This document shows positions 9,232-20,942 of a DNA stretch of 64,000 nt, piece by piece; the first letter of the stretch is position 1, and the number at the start of each line of letters is the position of its first letter. The translations under genes and the position numbers were made by a program. Where the stretch lies: NCBI GenBank assembly GCA_947625805.1, contig CANQPT010000002.1, positions 36,911 through 100,910 on the forward strand, given 5' to 3'. The stretch comes from an uncultured Clostridia bacterium. Lineage in GTDB: Bacteria; Bacillota; Clostridia; Oscillospirales; CAG-272. The notes beneath the pieces are model-generated. The model was not told the DNA's origin and did not search any database. It saw only the letters and a program-made list of their open reading frames with translations.

Positions 9232-9683
9232 AATTGTTCCCTTTCGGAGTGCAATGCCTCGCGGACAGTGCAGGCGTCAAAGCCGCAGCGAAACAGGGCG
9301 GCGATCAGTTTGTCGGCGTCCGCGCGGTCTGCGGGCGGCCTGCGTCGGATCCGGGCGCGGCAGGCGGCCACAAAGTCCACCCGTTCCATCGCCGTTTGCA
9401 GATACTCCTCCACCGTATCGGCGGCAAAGCCCTTTTCCCGCACGGCGGCACGGATGCGGCGCGGCCCGTAGAGTTTTTTGTTGCCCAGTGTTTCCACAAA
9501 GCGCAAGAGATAGTCGGCTTCGTCAAGGTATCCCCGCGCCGCAAGCGCGTCTACCGCCTTTTTTGCCTGCTCCGGGCTTGCGCCTTTCCGGCACAGCTTG
9601 CGCGCAAGCTCCGCCTTTGTCTGCGGGGCGTAGGCCAGCATATTGTACGCCCGCCGCATGACCCGCTCGATATCTTCCGCCAT
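9228..9683 (-). CDS. recX: RecA regulator RecX
   Basis: ORF 9228..9890 trimmed to ATG 9683 (TAATG overlap with the recA stop). [58 protein letters not shown] is RecX-like repeat architecture. Confidence 0.8.
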   Translation of the reverse strand: MAEDIERVMRRAYNMLAYAPQTKAELARKLCRKGASPEQAKKAVDALAARGYLDEADYLLRFVETLGNKKLYGPRRIRAAVREKGFAADTVEEYLQTAMERVDFVAACRARIRRRPPADRADADKLIAALFRCGFDACTVREALHSEREQL

Positions 9684-10801
9684 TAAAGATCCAGCACCGA
9701 GATGTCGAACTCCTCGTCGTCGTCGGTATCGGCGGCGGCAATCGCGTCCGCGTCCATGGTCATATCCAGTTCGGCGGACTTTGCGAGGATTTTCTGTTCC
9801 AACTCCCGCGCCTTTTCCGGGCGTGCGTCGAGATAGGCCTTTGCGTTCTCGCGTCCCTGACCGATCCTCTCGTCGCCGATGGAAAACCACGCGCCGCTCT
9901 TTTCGATCAGGTTGAGTTTTGCGCCCAGATCGATCACCTCGCCGGTCCGCGAAATGCCCTGACCGAACAGCATATCAAATTCCGCCGTCCGGAAAGGCGG
10001 GGCGACCTTGTTTTTGACCACCTTGCATTTGGTACGGCACCCGTACTGCTCGGCCCCGCGCTTGAGCGCTTCGCCCCGGCGCACCTCGATGCGCACGGAC
10101 GAGTAGAATTTGAGTGCCCGGCCGCCGGGGGTGACCTCCGGGTTGCCGTAGACCACGCCCACCTTTTCGCGCAGTTGGTTGATAAAGATAAAGATACAGG
10201 ATGTCTTTTCGATAATACCCGACAATTTTCGCATTGCTTGGCTCATAAGGCGCGCCTGTAAGCCGACGTGGCTTGCGCCGATGTCGCCGTCGATCTCCTG
10301 CTGGGGCACCAGCGCCGCAACCGAGTCCACGACCACAATGTCCACCGCGCCCGAACGAAGCAGGGTGTCGGCAATGGAAAGCGCCTGTTCGCCCGAATCC
10401 GGCTGGGAAACCAGAAGATTGTCGATATTGACCCCTAATTTTCTTGCGTAGACCGGATCGAGCGCGTGCTCGGCGTCGATAAAGACCGCCGTTCCTCCGC
10501 TCTTTTGCACCTCGGCCACGCAGTGAAGCGCAAGGGTGGTCTTACCCGAGGATTCCGGGCCGTAGATCTCCGTGATCCTCCCGCGGGGAAGCCCGCCGAC
10601 CCCAAGCGCAATGTCCAGACCAAGCGAGCCGGTCGAGACCGCGCTGACCTCCATGTGCGGGTTTTCGCCCAACTTCATGACCGAGCCCTTTCCGAAGTCC
10701 TTTTCTATCTGGGAAAGCGCCGCGTCCAGCGCCTTTTGCTTTTGCTCGGGCGTACCCGGCGCTTGGGCGGTTTCCGCTTTCTTTGTCTTGCTCTTAGCCA
10801 T
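9683..10801 (-). CDS. recA: Recombinase RecA
   Basis: [12 protein letters not shown] Walker A; ...[14 protein letters not shown]...; start ATG overlaps the gyrA stop by 8 nt (ATGGCTAA). Confidence 0.97.
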   Translation of the reverse strand: MAKSKTKKAETAQAPGTPEQKQKALDAALSQIEKDFGKGSVMKLGENPHMEVSAVSTGSLGLDIALGVGGLPRGRITEIYGPESSGKTTLALHCVAEVQKSGGTAVFIDAEHALDPVYARKLGVNIDNLLVSQPDSGEQALSIADTLLRSGAVDIVVVDSVAALVPQQEIDGDIGASHVGLQARLMSQAMRKLSGIIEKTSCIFIFINQLREKVGVVYGNPEVTPGGRALKFYSSVRIEVRRGEALKRGAEQYGCRTKCKVVKNKVAPPFRTAEFDMLFGQGISRTGEVIDLGAKLNLIEKSGAWFSIGDERIGQGRENAKAYLDARPEKARELEQKILAKSAELDMTMDADAIAAADTDDDEEFDISVLDL

Positions 10802-13286
10802 TGTGATGCTCCTTATCTTGCTGGTTTGTATGGTCTGAGGGCGCTTGATCGCGAGCGACCGTCGAGAAACTGACCGCGCGTCCGCCGTCCTTAAGGCGCA
10901 TGATGATTACGCCCGCCGCGTCCTTGGAATAGAGATTGACGCCGGCAACCGGAGTGCGGATAATAACCGCAGACGCGGTCACGATCATGAGATCCTCGTC
11001 CTCGCTCACGGCCGCGATGCCGATTAAAGGCCCGGTCTTGTCGGTGATCTTCTGACAGCGCACGCCCATGCCGCCCCGTCCTTTGGTGTTGAAGGCGTCA
11101 AAGGCAGTGCGTTTGCCGTAGCCGTTTTCTGTCAGGGTCAGAAGGGTCTTGCCGGCCGTCACGACGGCGGCGCCCGTCACAAAGTCGTCTCCCCGCAGGC
11201 GAATGCCCCGCACCCCGCGCGAGACCCGGCCGGAGGCGCGGATCTGCTCCTCGCGGAAGCGGTTGGCCATACCCGTGCGGGTGGCGATCATGATCTCCTG
11301 CCGCCCGTCGGTGTTGAACACAAAGGCAAGCTCGTCTCCCTCGTCCAGATTGAGCGCACGCTTTCCTCCCTTGCGCTGGTACTCGTATTCGGAAAGAGCC
11401 GTGCGCTTGATAATCCCCCGCCGGGTGATCATGGTGAGGTACCGGTCGCCGGAAAACTCCTGCACGGCGATGGTCGCGGTCACGGCCTCGCCCTCCTCGA
11501 GTTCCAGAAGATTGACGATATTGGTGCCCTTTGCAGTGCGCGATCCTTCCGGCACGGTGTATGCCTTGCGCACGAACACCTTGCCCTTATTGGTGAACAG
11601 CATGATAAGATCGTGACTGCCCACGACCTCCACGCGCTCGATATAGTCTTCCTCTTTGGTGGTGGCCGCGCGCACGCCCATGCCTCCCCGGTTTTGTGCC
11701 GAATAGTCGGAGGCGGGCTGGCGCTTGACGTAACCCGCGTGGGAGATGGTGATCACACAGGTGTGCCGCTCGATCAGATCCTCGAGGTCGATGTCGTCCT
11801 GCGACTCGACAATCTCAGTGCGCCGCTCGTCGGCGTATTTGCGCCTGATCTCCAGCATTTCCTCCCGGATGATTTGCTTGATGCGGGATTCGTTTGCCAG
11901 AATATCCTTATAATCCGCAATTTTGACCCGCAATTCGTTTAATTCGTCCTGCACCTTCTGGGTTTCCAGACCCGAAAGACGGCCGAGCGGCATATCCACA
12001 ATCGCCTGCGCCTGCTCCTCGGAGAGCGGGAAACGTTCCCGCAAATTGACCTTTGCGTCCGGAATGGAGGCGGAGGCGCGGATAATGCGGATGACCTCGT
12101 CGATGTGGTCGATGGCGATCAGGTAGCCCTCCAGGATGTGCGCGCGCCGCTCGGCCTTGGCAAGTTCATAGCGGACGCGGTTTGAGACGACCGTCTCCTG
12201 ATGGGCAATATAATGCCCCAGAATCTCGCAAAGCCCGAGGGTCTTGGGCTCGCCGTCCACCAGCGCCACCATATTCATGCCGCAGGTGTCCTGCAACTGG
12301 GTGTATTTGTATAATTGGTTGAGCAAAATCTGCCCGTTGACGTCCCGGCGGTACTCGATGACAATCTTCATGCCCCGATAGTCGCTCTCGTCCCGCAGGG
12401 CGGTGATGCCGTCCACCCGCTTGGCCTTGTGCAGTTCCGCGATGGACTCGACAAGAGAGCTCTTGTTGACCTGATAGGGAATCTCTGTGACCACAATGCG
12501 GTGTTTGTCTTCGTCCACCTCGCACTTTGCGCGAACCATGACCTTGCCCCGGCCGGTCTTATATGCCTGACGAATGCCGGCCGTGCCGTAAATGGTCGCC
12601 CGGGTGGGGAAGTCGGGGCCCTTGATGTACTCCATGAGATCGGACACTTCCGCGTCCGGGTGATCCATCAGGTAGAGGGTGCCGTCGATGACCTCGCCCA
12701 GATTGTGAGGCGGGATATTGGTGGCCATACCGACCGCGATGCCCACGGAGCCGTTGACCAGAAGATTGGGAAAGCGTGCGGGCAGGACGACCGGTTCGCT
12801 GCGGGAATAGTCAAAGTTGGGGGTAAAGGGCACGACCTCTTTGTCGATATCCGCGAGCATCTGGTCGGCAAGGCGTGCCATGCGCGCCTCGGTATACCGG
12901 TATGCCGCCGGCGGGTCGCCGTCTACCGAGCCGAAGTTTCCGCTTCCCTCGATCAGGGGATAGCGCATGGAAAAATCCTGGGCCAAGCGCACCATGGCGT
13001 CATAGACCGAAGTGTCCCCGTGCGGGTGATACCGGCCCAGCACGTTACCGACCGTGGTCGCGCTCTTGCGGAAGGCGTTGTCGTGGGTAAGATGGTCCTC
13101 GTACATGGCGTACAGGATCCGGCGGTGCACAGGCTTGAGCCCGTCCCGCACGTCCGGAAGAGCACGGGAGGTCAGCACCGACATGGCGTACGCTAAAAAG
13201 GAACCGCGTACCTCGCCCTCTACCTGCTTTTCGATAATTTTTTGTTTATCCAATGGGTAATTTCCGCGTTGGTTTTCCATCAACAT
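10794..13286 (-). CDS. gyrA: DNA gyrase subunit A
   Basis: [29 protein letters not shown] active-site Tyr region, C-terminal beta-pinwheel repeats; follows gyrB. Confidence 0.97.
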   Translation of the reverse strand: MLMENQRGNYPLDKQKIIEKQVEGEVRGSFLAYAMSVLTSRALPDVRDGLKPVHRRILYAMYEDHLTHDNAFRKSATTVGNVLGRYHPHGDTSVYDAMVRLAQDFSMRYPLIEGSGNFGSVDGDPPAAYRYTEARMARLADQMLADIDKEVVPFTPNFDYSRSEPVVLPARFPNLLVNGSVGIAVGMATNIPPHNLGEVIDGTLYLMDHPDAEVSDLMEYIKGPDFPTRATIYGTAGIRQAYKTGRGKVMVRAKCEVDEDKHRIVVTEIPYQVNKSSLVESIAELHKAKRVDGITALRDESDYRGMKIVIEYRRDVNGQILLNQLYKYTQLQDTCGMNMVALVDGEPKTLGLCEILGHYIAHQETVVSNRVRYELAKAERRAHILEGYLIAIDHIDEVIRIIRASASIPDAKVNLRERFPLSEEQAQAIVDMPLGRLSGLETQKVQDELNELRVKIADYKDILANESRIKQIIREEMLEIRRKYADERRTEIVESQDDIDLEDLIERHTCVITISHAGYVKRQPASDYSAQNRGGMGVRAATTKEEDYIERVEVVGSHDLIMLFTNKGKVFVRKAYTVPEGSRTAKGTNIVNLLELEEGEAVTATIAVQEFSGDRYLTMITRRGIIKRTALSEYEYQRKGGKRALNLDEGDELAFVFNTDGRQEIMIATRTGMANRFREEQIRASGRVSRGVRGIRLRGDDFVTGAAVVTAGKTLLTLTENGYGKRTAFDAFNTKGRGGMGVRCQKITDKTGPLIGIAAVSEDEDLMIVTASAVIIRTPVAGVNLYSKDAAGVIIMRLKDGGRAVSFSTVARDQAPSDHTNQQDKEHHNG

Positions 13287-13292
13287 ACCTTT

Positions 13293-15236
<1,944 letters not shown>

Positions 15237-15485
15237 TTACTTTTTTCCCGGACTGCGCTCCGCGCGGGCGCGCAGGGTTCCGGCGTTGGTTTCGCAGAGC
15301 AAAACTTTTTCTTCACAAAGAAGAAAGGATCGCGGGATATCCTCCCCCGCCGTCTCCAGCTTGCCCTCGTTTTGCTTGTCCCTCAAAAAGAGTTTGGTTT
15401 GTCTTGCGACGGTCGCGGTGTCCAGATCAAAAATACCGATGATCTCTTTTTTCCGGATTACCCTGCCGCCGATTGAAAGATACAT
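15237..15485 (-). CDS. remB: DUF370 / RemB-like small protein
   Basis: 82 aa: MYLSIGGRVIRKKEIIGIFDLD.... Occupies the conserved recF-gyrB slot that yaaB/remB holds in Firmicutes. Confidence 0.65.
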   Translation of the reverse strand: MYLSIGGRVIRKKEIIGIFDLDTATVARQTKLFLRDKQNEGKLETAGEDIPRSFLLCEEKVLLCETNAGTLRARAERSPGKK

Positions 15486-15554
15486 GTTTGCCTGCGCCTC
15501 GCGGAAGTTTTTTTGTGTGACAGCAACAAATGCTGGGTTTTTCGCTCGTTTTGC

Positions 15555-16628
15555 CTATGCAAAAGTACCCGAGTGGACATGGATCAGGTTGCCGGACAGT
15601 TTTGAGACAAGTTCCGGCTCGCAGGCGGTCAGAACAATCTGCCCGCCCAAAAGGCCTGTGAGAATATAGTTTTTTCTTGTCTCGTCCAGTTCGCTGAGCA
15701 CGTCGTCGAGCAGCAGTACCGGCCTCTCTCCCGTGCTTTTCCGGGAGATCTCGGTTTCGGCCAGTTTGATCGCAATGGCAAGCGAACGCTGTTGTCCCTG
15801 ACTTGCATAGGCGCGTGCGTCGTACCCGTTGAGGGTGATGGCAATATCGTCCTTGTGTACGCCGGCGTTTGTTGTGCCCGAGCGCAGGTCTTTTTCCCGG
15901 TGTTCCCGAAAAAGGACAGCAAGCTGCTTCGCCGTGCGCGGGCGGCGATAGACAAATTCCGGTTGTTCGGCGCCTCCCGTCATGTCCGCAAAAAATCGCT
16001 TGGCGCTTTGCCCGACCTGTTCGGTATATTCCGCTCTTGCCTCGGAGATTTTCTCGCCCGCCGCCGCCATCTGCGCATCGAGCAGGTCCAGCGTGTCAAA
16101 CAGGGTTTTTTGTTGTCCCGGGTATTGCAAGAGCAGGCGGTTTCGTCGGGCAACAAGCGCGGAATAGGTCTGCACCGCCCGCAGATAGATCGGGTCAAGC
16201 TGACTGATCGCACCGTCTAAAAACTTTCTTCGCATGGCCGGCCCGTCTTTGACCAGCGACAGGTGATCGGGACAGAATACCACCGCCCGGAACGAGCCGA
16301 TAAACTCGCTCATCTTCCGTATGGGCACCCGGTTGCGGGAAACCGTCTTGCGTCCGTTTTTGCGAAAGGCCATCTGTGCGCTCTGGCTCCGTCCCTGTGC
16401 GTGATAGTCGGCGGTCAGGCGGGCGTAGTCTTTTTGCTCCATGATATATTCCCGCTCTTTTGCCGTGCGGAACGACCGACCCTGCGCAAACAGGAAAATC
16501 CCCTCGAGAGCATTGGTTTTGCCTTGGGCGTTGTCCCCGCACAGCACGTTGATCCCGTCCGATAAGGTCAGGGTCTGCCGCTCGATGTTGCGGAACTGTT
16601 CAAAAAGGATCCGATCGATTTGCATCAA
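15555..16628 (-). CDS. recF: DNA replication and repair protein RecF
   Basis: FRNIERQTLTLSDGINVLCGDNAQGKTNALEG Walker A and LLLDDVLSELD Walker B; 4-nt overlap with dnaN. Confidence 0.93.
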   Translation of the reverse strand: MMQIDRILFEQFRNIERQTLTLSDGINVLCGDNAQGKTNALEGIFLFAQGRSFRTAKEREYIMEQKDYARLTADYHAQGRSQSAQMAFRKNGRKTVSRNRVPIRKMSEFIGSFRAVVFCPDHLSLVKDGPAMRRKFLDGAISQLDPIYLRAVQTYSALVARRNRLLLQYPGQQKTLFDTLDLLDAQMAAAGEKISEARAEYTEQVGQSAKRFFADMTGGAEQPEFVYRRPRTAKQLAVLFREHREKDLRSGTTNAGVHKDDIAITLNGYDARAYASQGQQRSLAIAIKLAETEISRKSTGERPVLLLDDVLSELDETRKNYILTGLLGGQIVLTACEPELVSKLSGNLIHVHSGTFA

Positions 16629-17770
16629 CTCATTTTGACCGGAAGCACCATATATAAAAACCGGTCGTCGCCCGCCGAATTTGTCCCCTCAATCTGCATA
16701 CTCATAAGGGGGGTGGACAGGGATAGCCTGAGCGAGTCCTCGGGGCAGGCGCGCAGCGCTTCGATCAGGTACCGGCAGTTAAAGCCGATAAAGAGATCTT
16801 CTCCCTCTTTTTCAATTTCAATGTAATCGTCCACGCGGCCGTTGAGATTATCGGCAAAGATGTGCAGGCTCTGCCCCTCAAAAGAACATTTGAGACAGGA
16901 TTTTGCCTGACCCAGCGTGCGCTCCTCGGTGACAAGCGACGCCCGCTCGGCCCCCGCCAGCAGGGCCTGTCTTGACGCATAGACCGTGATCTTGCTCTCC
17001 TTGCGGATAAAGCGGTTGTAGTCGATGTATTCCCCGTCGATTAAGCGGGAAAATACGGTCATATCTTCAAGGAAGAAAATGGCGTGCCGGAAGGTGGTGG
17101 CAACCACGATCTCCTCGTCCCCGTCCCCGATCAGGCGGAGCAGTTCGGCAAGCGTCCTGCCGGGCACGTCAAACCGTAAGAGCGGCTCGCCGCTTTTGGT
17201 GGAAAACGTGCTCATGGCGCACGCGCACTCTCTTACGGCCAGCCGGTTGCCGTCACAGGTCACCAGTTTGATCCCCTCCGGTCTTACCTCGAAAAAGGCT
17301 CCGTTCAAGCACATGCGCTGTTCGTTTGACGCAATGGCAAACTGTACCTCATTGATCAGTTTTTTGAAAAGCGACTTTGAGATGCGGAAGGAGTTATCTC
17401 CCTCCAAAACCGGAAGATGGGGAAAGTCGCTTCCCGGCAGGGCCGGCATTTCATAACTGGAAGAAAAGGACGAGATTTTACAAAGATACCGGTCGTTGAT
17501 CTCCAAGGTGATATTGGGGCCGGGAAGCAGGCGGATAATCCGGGAGAGCTTGCCGGCGTTTACAATAAAACTGCCCGCCGCCTCGACTACCGCCTCGATG
17601 GTTCTTCGAATGCCCTTTTCTCCGTCAAAGGCGCTCATGACGCAGGCACCCTCCGCGCAGTCAAAGAGAATGCCCGCCATGGCCGTGACGGTATTGTGCT
17701 CGGACACGGCCGACAGCGTCGGCAGGACCGCCTCGGTCAGTCTGGCCTTGTCAAAGATGATTTTGATCAT
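16625..17770 (-). CDS. dnaN: DNA polymerase III beta sliding clamp
   Basis: 381 aa, three-domain length; position between dnaA and recF; GGAGG RBS at 17776-17780. Confidence 0.9.
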   Translation of the reverse strand: MIKIIFDKARLTEAVLPTLSAVSEHNTVTAMAGILFDCAEGACVMSAFDGEKGIRRTIEAVVEAAGSFIVNAGKLSRIIRLLPGPNITLEINDRYLCKISSFSSSYEMPALPGSDFPHLPVLEGDNSFRISKSLFKKLINEVQFAIASNEQRMCLNGAFFEVRPEGIKLVTCDGNRLAVRECACAMSTFSTKSGEPLLRFDVPGRTLAELLRLIGDGDEEIVVATTFRHAIFFLEDMTVFSRLIDGEYIDYNRFIRKESKITVYASRQALLAGAERASLVTEERTLGQAKSCLKCSFEGQSLHIFADNLNGRVDDYIEIEKEGEDLFIGFNCRYLIEALRACPEDSLRLSLSTPLMSMQIEGTNSAGDDRFLYMVLPVKMS

Positions 17771-18273
17771 GATGCCTCCGTCTAAGAATAGATAAGAATA
17801 GATTACAAAATAGCAGTAGTAGTATTAAGGTCGGTGCAAACGGTGGAAAAGTCCCGGAACGCCCGCCCGCAACGGGAAAAATCCGTCGGTGCGCTGTGGA
17901 GCAAACCGGAAAAACCCGGTGGGAAGAATGTGGAAAAGTTTTGCAAGTGACATTTCAAAAAGTTACCTGTGTATTTGTGGATTGTTTTGGTTTTTTGTGG
18001 GAGGCCGCGCCGGGATTGGTTTTTCCGGCAAGTGAAAGAAAGTTTTGCACGGCGGGCAAAATCGGACAAAACAAAACGCACGGGAAAGGGGGAAGTGCAA
18101 AGGTGCAAAACCCACGCAAAAAAGCGGGGAAATTTTTCTTGGCCGTGCAAAGTGTCAAAAACCGTTTGCCCTGGCAGTGCGGGAAAAGACGGCGTTATGC
18201 ACAGGGAAAAGTGCAAAAAAGAGGGTGGGCGGTGCAAAGGGCGGGGCGGCAAAACTTTTGCACAATCGGGGGG
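17771..18273. other. oriC, dnaA-dnaN part (DnaA-box cluster plus unwinding module)
   Basis: 503-bp non-coding spacer. Contains an AT-rich tandem decamer, a TAG-trinucleotide run, TGTGGAAAA / GGTGGAAAA / TGTGGATTG / TGTGGAGCA boxes, and 8 copies of GTGCAAA/TTTGCAC. Confidence 0.7.
17784..17803. repeat. AT-rich tandem decamer (AAGAATAGAT x2), candidate DUE
   Basis: Perfect direct duplication immediately next to the dnaN RBS; followed by TACAAAATAGCAGTAGTAGTATTAAGG. Confidence 0.6.
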
Positions 18274-19656
18274 TTAGTCCCGAATCTCCTTGATCATTTC
18301 TTCGATCTCCAAGTCGAGCAGGGGAGAGTTTTGCTTTTCCTTTTCAATGACCTCCAGACTGTTCATAATCGTGGTGTGGTTGCGGTCAAACTCCTTGCCG
18401 ATATCCTCAAGGGAAAGCTCGGTGATGCGGCGAATGATATGAATGGCGATGTTGCGGGGGCGCACGATATTCTGCGTGCGCTTTTTGCCGCGTATCTCCT
18501 CGGGGGTAACCCCGTACTTCTGGGAAACCGCCGAGATAATGCGTTCCACCAGCACGGAGTCCGGCTCTGTGCCGAACACAAGATCGGCGATACAGTGGGT
18601 GGCCATTTCCACGGTCACCGGCTCCTGATTGAGAAAGGCAAGCGAGGTGATTTTCTTGATGGCGCCCTCCATCTGGCGCACGTTGGTCTTGAGATGCTCG
18701 GCCAAAAAGGCAAATACCTCGTCCGGGATCTTGGCCTGCATGGTCTTGGACTTGTCTTTCATAATGGCGATGCGCAGTTCGTAATCGGGGGGCTGAATGT
18801 CGGCGCAAAGACCGCTCTCAAAGCGGGTGCGCAGACGGTCCTCCAAAGGATTGATGTCCCGTGCCGGGCGGTCGGAGGTCAGCACAATCTGCCGTCCGTC
18901 CTCGTACAGAGTGTTGAAGGTATGGAAAAACTCCTCTTGCGTGGAGGGCTTGCCGGCCAGAAAATGAATGTCATCGATTAGAAGAATGTCCGCCCGACGG
19001 TACTTTTCCCGGAACTGGGCGGTGGTCTTTTTGGACAGGGCATCGATCATCTCGTTGATGAAATCATCCCCCTTGGCGTAGACAATACGCACGTTCGGGT
19101 CCCGGCGCAGGGTGGCGTTGATGATAGCATACAAAAGGTGGGTCTTGCCCAAGCCCGAGTTGCCGTAGATAAACAGCGGGTTGTAGCCGGAATTAACCCC
19201 CTCTCTTGCCACCGCCTCGCAGGCGGCGTGCGCAAACTTGTTGGACGCGCCCACAATGAAATTCTCAAAGGTATACCGGGGGTTGAAAAAGTTCCCGAAA
19301 TGCAGGTTTCCCTGCTTGATACGCTCGGCCGGAGGGGCGGCGACAGATGCGGACAGAGGTGCGTCCAAGTCGGGAAACAGGGCGCGAAGATCGACCGGGC
19401 CGTGTTCCGCGCTCACAAAGGTGACCCGCACCGTGCGGTCGATCACGTGGGAAAGGGCGGCCTGTACCGAATCGGTATAGGCCGAACGAAGAGAGGCCGC
19501 GTATGCGTCGCTGTAGTTTTGCACGACGGCGTCGGTTTCACTTAATAAGACAAGTTCGGTATCCCGGAAAAAAAGTTCCATGGTCACCGAGGGGTGGGTT
19601 TGAGCAAGGCGCTCCAGCGTGTCTTCCCAGATGAGCTGCAGGCGTAAAGGATCCAA
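18274..19656 (-). CDS. dnaA: Chromosomal replication initiator DnaA (TTG start)
   Basis: ORF 18274..19896 has no internal ATG before residue ~105. TTG at 19656 is preceded by GAGGAAG at 6 nt and gives (M)DPLRLQLIWEDTLERL, 460 aa. GNSGLGKTHLL Walker A and a C-terminal DnaA-box-binding domain. Confidence 0.9.
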   Translation of the reverse strand: MDPLRLQLIWEDTLERLAQTHPSVTMELFFRDTELVLLSETDAVVQNYSDAYAASLRSAYTDSVQAALSHVIDRTVRVTFVSAEHGPVDLRALFPDLDAPLSASVAAPPAERIKQGNLHFGNFFNPRYTFENFIVGASNKFAHAACEAVAREGVNSGYNPLFIYGNSGLGKTHLLYAIINATLRRDPNVRIVYAKGDDFINEMIDALSKKTTAQFREKYRRADILLIDDIHFLAGKPSTQEEFFHTFNTLYEDGRQIVLTSDRPARDINPLEDRLRTRFESGLCADIQPPDYELRIAIMKDKSKTMQAKIPDEVFAFLAEHLKTNVRQMEGAIKKITSLAFLNQEPVTVEMATHCIADLVFGTEPDSVLVERIISAVSQKYGVTPEEIRGKKRTQNIVRPRNIAIHIIRRITELSLEDIGKEFDRNHTTIMNSLEVIEKEKQNSPLLDLEIEEMIKEIRD

Positions 19657-19716
19657 TATACTTCCTCTTCCTTGGGGGTTTCCTTGGTAAAAAAACAGTC
19701 CTCTTTTTACAAATAC

Positions 19717-19745
19717 ATTATACCATATCAGCGCAGGAAAAGCAA
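19717..19745 (-). promoter_or_regulatory. dnaA promoter
   Basis: On the minus strand: TTGCTT (19745-19740), 17 nt, TGgTATAAT (-10 at 19722-17). Confidence 0.55.
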
Positions 19746-19862
19746 GCAAATTTGCCGACTTTTCCAAAAAGTCGGGCGGTGCGGTCGGGGCGCGCCGCAC
19801 CCGTGCGCGCACGAAAAACGCAAAATTTTCCGCACAAAGGTCGGAAAAATTGTAAGAAACCC

Positions 19863-19891
19863 TTGACAAAGGGGCGGCCGGATAGTATAAT
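19863..19891 (+). promoter_or_regulatory. rpmH promoter
   Basis: TTGACA (19863-19868), 17 nt, TATAAT (19886-19891). Confidence 0.7.
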
Positions 19892-19956
19892 AACAAAGCC
19901 GCAATTTACAAAAAGACAAAAACGTATGATCATGCAAAGAAAGAGAGGTGCTCAAA

Positions 19957-20091
19957 ATGGTAAGAACCTATCAGCCGAAAAAGCGTCAAAGACAGAAGGA
20001 GCACGGTTTCCGGAAGAGAATGCGCACCGCAAACGGCAGAAAAGTATTGCAAAGACGCCGTGCAAAGGGCAGAGCGAGACTCAGCTACTGA
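19957..20091 (+). CDS. rpmH: 50S ribosomal protein L34
   Basis: Not in the ORF track (44 aa). Hand translation: [44 protein letters not shown], stop TGA 20089-20091; GAGAGG RBS. Confidence 0.95.
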   Translation: MVRTYQPKKRQRQKEHGFRKRMRTANGRKVLQRRRAKGRARLSY

Positions 20092-20106
20092 TCGCAAAAG
20101 CAAAAT

Positions 20107-20140
20107 CACCGAGGCTCTGTCGGGCAGATCGGTGTTTTTT
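20107..20140 (+). terminator. Terminator/attenuator after rpmH
   Basis: CACCGA (20107-20112) ... TCGGTG (20129-20134) followed by T6. Confidence 0.6.
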
Positions 20141-20159
20141 GTTGTGAGACAAATAAGGC

Positions 20160-20534
20160 ATGAAACAACCGGCAATTTGTGAAAACCATCTTTACTCCAA
20201 GGCCTACGCCGGGGGAAAAAAAAGCGTACAGCGGGACGTGGTCGTGTACGTACTGCGGGACAAGGCGGCCTATCGGATCGCAAAGGCGCGCAGGGACCGC
20301 GCACGGGTCAACCGCGTGGGACTTGCGGTTCGCAAAAACGTGGGAGGAGCCGTGCGGCGCAATCGGGTCAAGCGGGTGCTGCGGGAGGCCTATCGCCTTT
20401 GCGCGGACAGGCTTTCCATCCGGACGGGCTATTTAATCGTCCTTGTGGCAAGGCCGCGCGCGCTTGACGCATCGAGTCTTCAGCTGGCCTGCCAGCTGGA
20501 GAGCGCCTTTGACGCGCTGGGTTTACTCTCATGA
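20160..20534 (+). CDS. rnpA: Ribonuclease P protein component
   Basis: Basic 124-aa protein with the RNR-box-like [16 protein letters not shown]; follows rpmH. Confidence 0.9.
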   Translation: MKQPAICENHLYSKAYAGGKKSVQRDVVVYVLRDKAAYRIAKARRDRARVNRVGLAVRKNVGGAVRRNRVKRVLREAYRLCADRLSIRTGYLIVLVARPRALDASSLQLACQLESAFDALGLLS

Positions 20535-20788
20535 AGCGCCTCGCTCTTTCTCTCATTGCCTTTTACCGAAAGGCGATTTCCCCTGCCAAGCCTCCCTGCT
20601 GCAGGTTTTATCCTACCTGCTCGGCCTACGCCGAACAGGCCGTAAAGGAATGGGGCCTTTTGCGCGGCGGCGCGCTCGCCGTCCGAAGACTCTGTCGGTG
20701 CAATCCCCTGTTCAAGGGAGGGTATGATCCCGTTCCGGAGCGCGGGAAAAAAGAAAAGAAACGCAAAAAGGATCGCGTCAAACGCTGA
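20531..20788 (+). CDS. yidD: Membrane protein insertion efficiency factor YidD
   Basis: [31 protein letters not shown]...[13 protein letters not shown]. Confidence 0.92.
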   Translation: MKRLALSLIAFYRKAISPAKPPCCRFYPTCSAYAEQAVKEWGLLRGGALAVRRLCRCNPLFKGGYDPVPERGKKEKKRKKDRVKR

Positions 20789-20794
20789 CCGGCG

Positions 20795-20927
20795 CCCGGC
20801 CGACTGAGAGCGTTCAACCACCACCCGGCTGACCGTGAACGTTCAACCACTGCCCGGCCGACCGCGAGCGTTCAGCCACCGCCCGTTCAACCATCGCCGG
20901 GCCGACCGCTGCCTATCAACCACTGCC
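20795..20927. repeat. 29-bp tandem repeat, 3 full plus ~1.5 degenerate copies
   Basis: CCCGGCCGACTGAGAGCGTTCAACCACCA / CCCGGCTGACCGTGAACGTTCAACCACTG / CCCGGCCGACCGCGAGCGTTCAGCCACCG (20795-20881), then scrambled copies to about 20927. Confidence 0.85.
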
Positions 20928-20942
20928 AACGAGGTAACCACA

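Noticed and set aside
9684-9890. A 220-aa version of recX overlapping the recA 3' end; similar long 5' extensions of dnaA (to 19896), murG (to 39866), ftsW (to 40723), ftsL (to 47893), yidC (from 20835), lysA, dapB, hpf and terL.
   Set aside because: The extensions overlap well-supported neighbouring genes or non-coding elements and lack RBSs. Internal starts with RBSs and ATGA/TAATG coupling give family-typical N-termini.
12315-13196. Long ORFs antisense or out of frame to clear genes. Examples: 12315-13196, 14295-15023, 17896-18981, 24959-25465, 30974-31753, 33409-34641, 38316-39248, 39851-40735, 41288-42433, 43141-44010, 48370-49314, 48950-50245, 50446-51495, 51679-52464, 56019-56852, 57496-58203, 58270-58968, 60155-61285, 62431-63570.
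   Set aside because: They are shadow ORFs expected in high-GC DNA: Arg/Gly/Pro-rich low-complexity translations, no RBS, fully nested in genes with strong family signatures.
17803-18252. 149-aa and several 60-100-aa ORFs inside the dnaA-dnaN spacer.
   Set aside because: The region is packed with DnaA-box-like repeats and an AT-rich element, and the translations are low complexity with no RBS. Interpreted as oriC.
20795-20927. Regular 29-bp repeats that might suggest a CRISPR array.
   Set aside because: The units are head-to-tail with no spacers, there are only 3-4 copies, no cas genes are nearby, and they sit in an operon leader. Treated as a tandem repeat instead.
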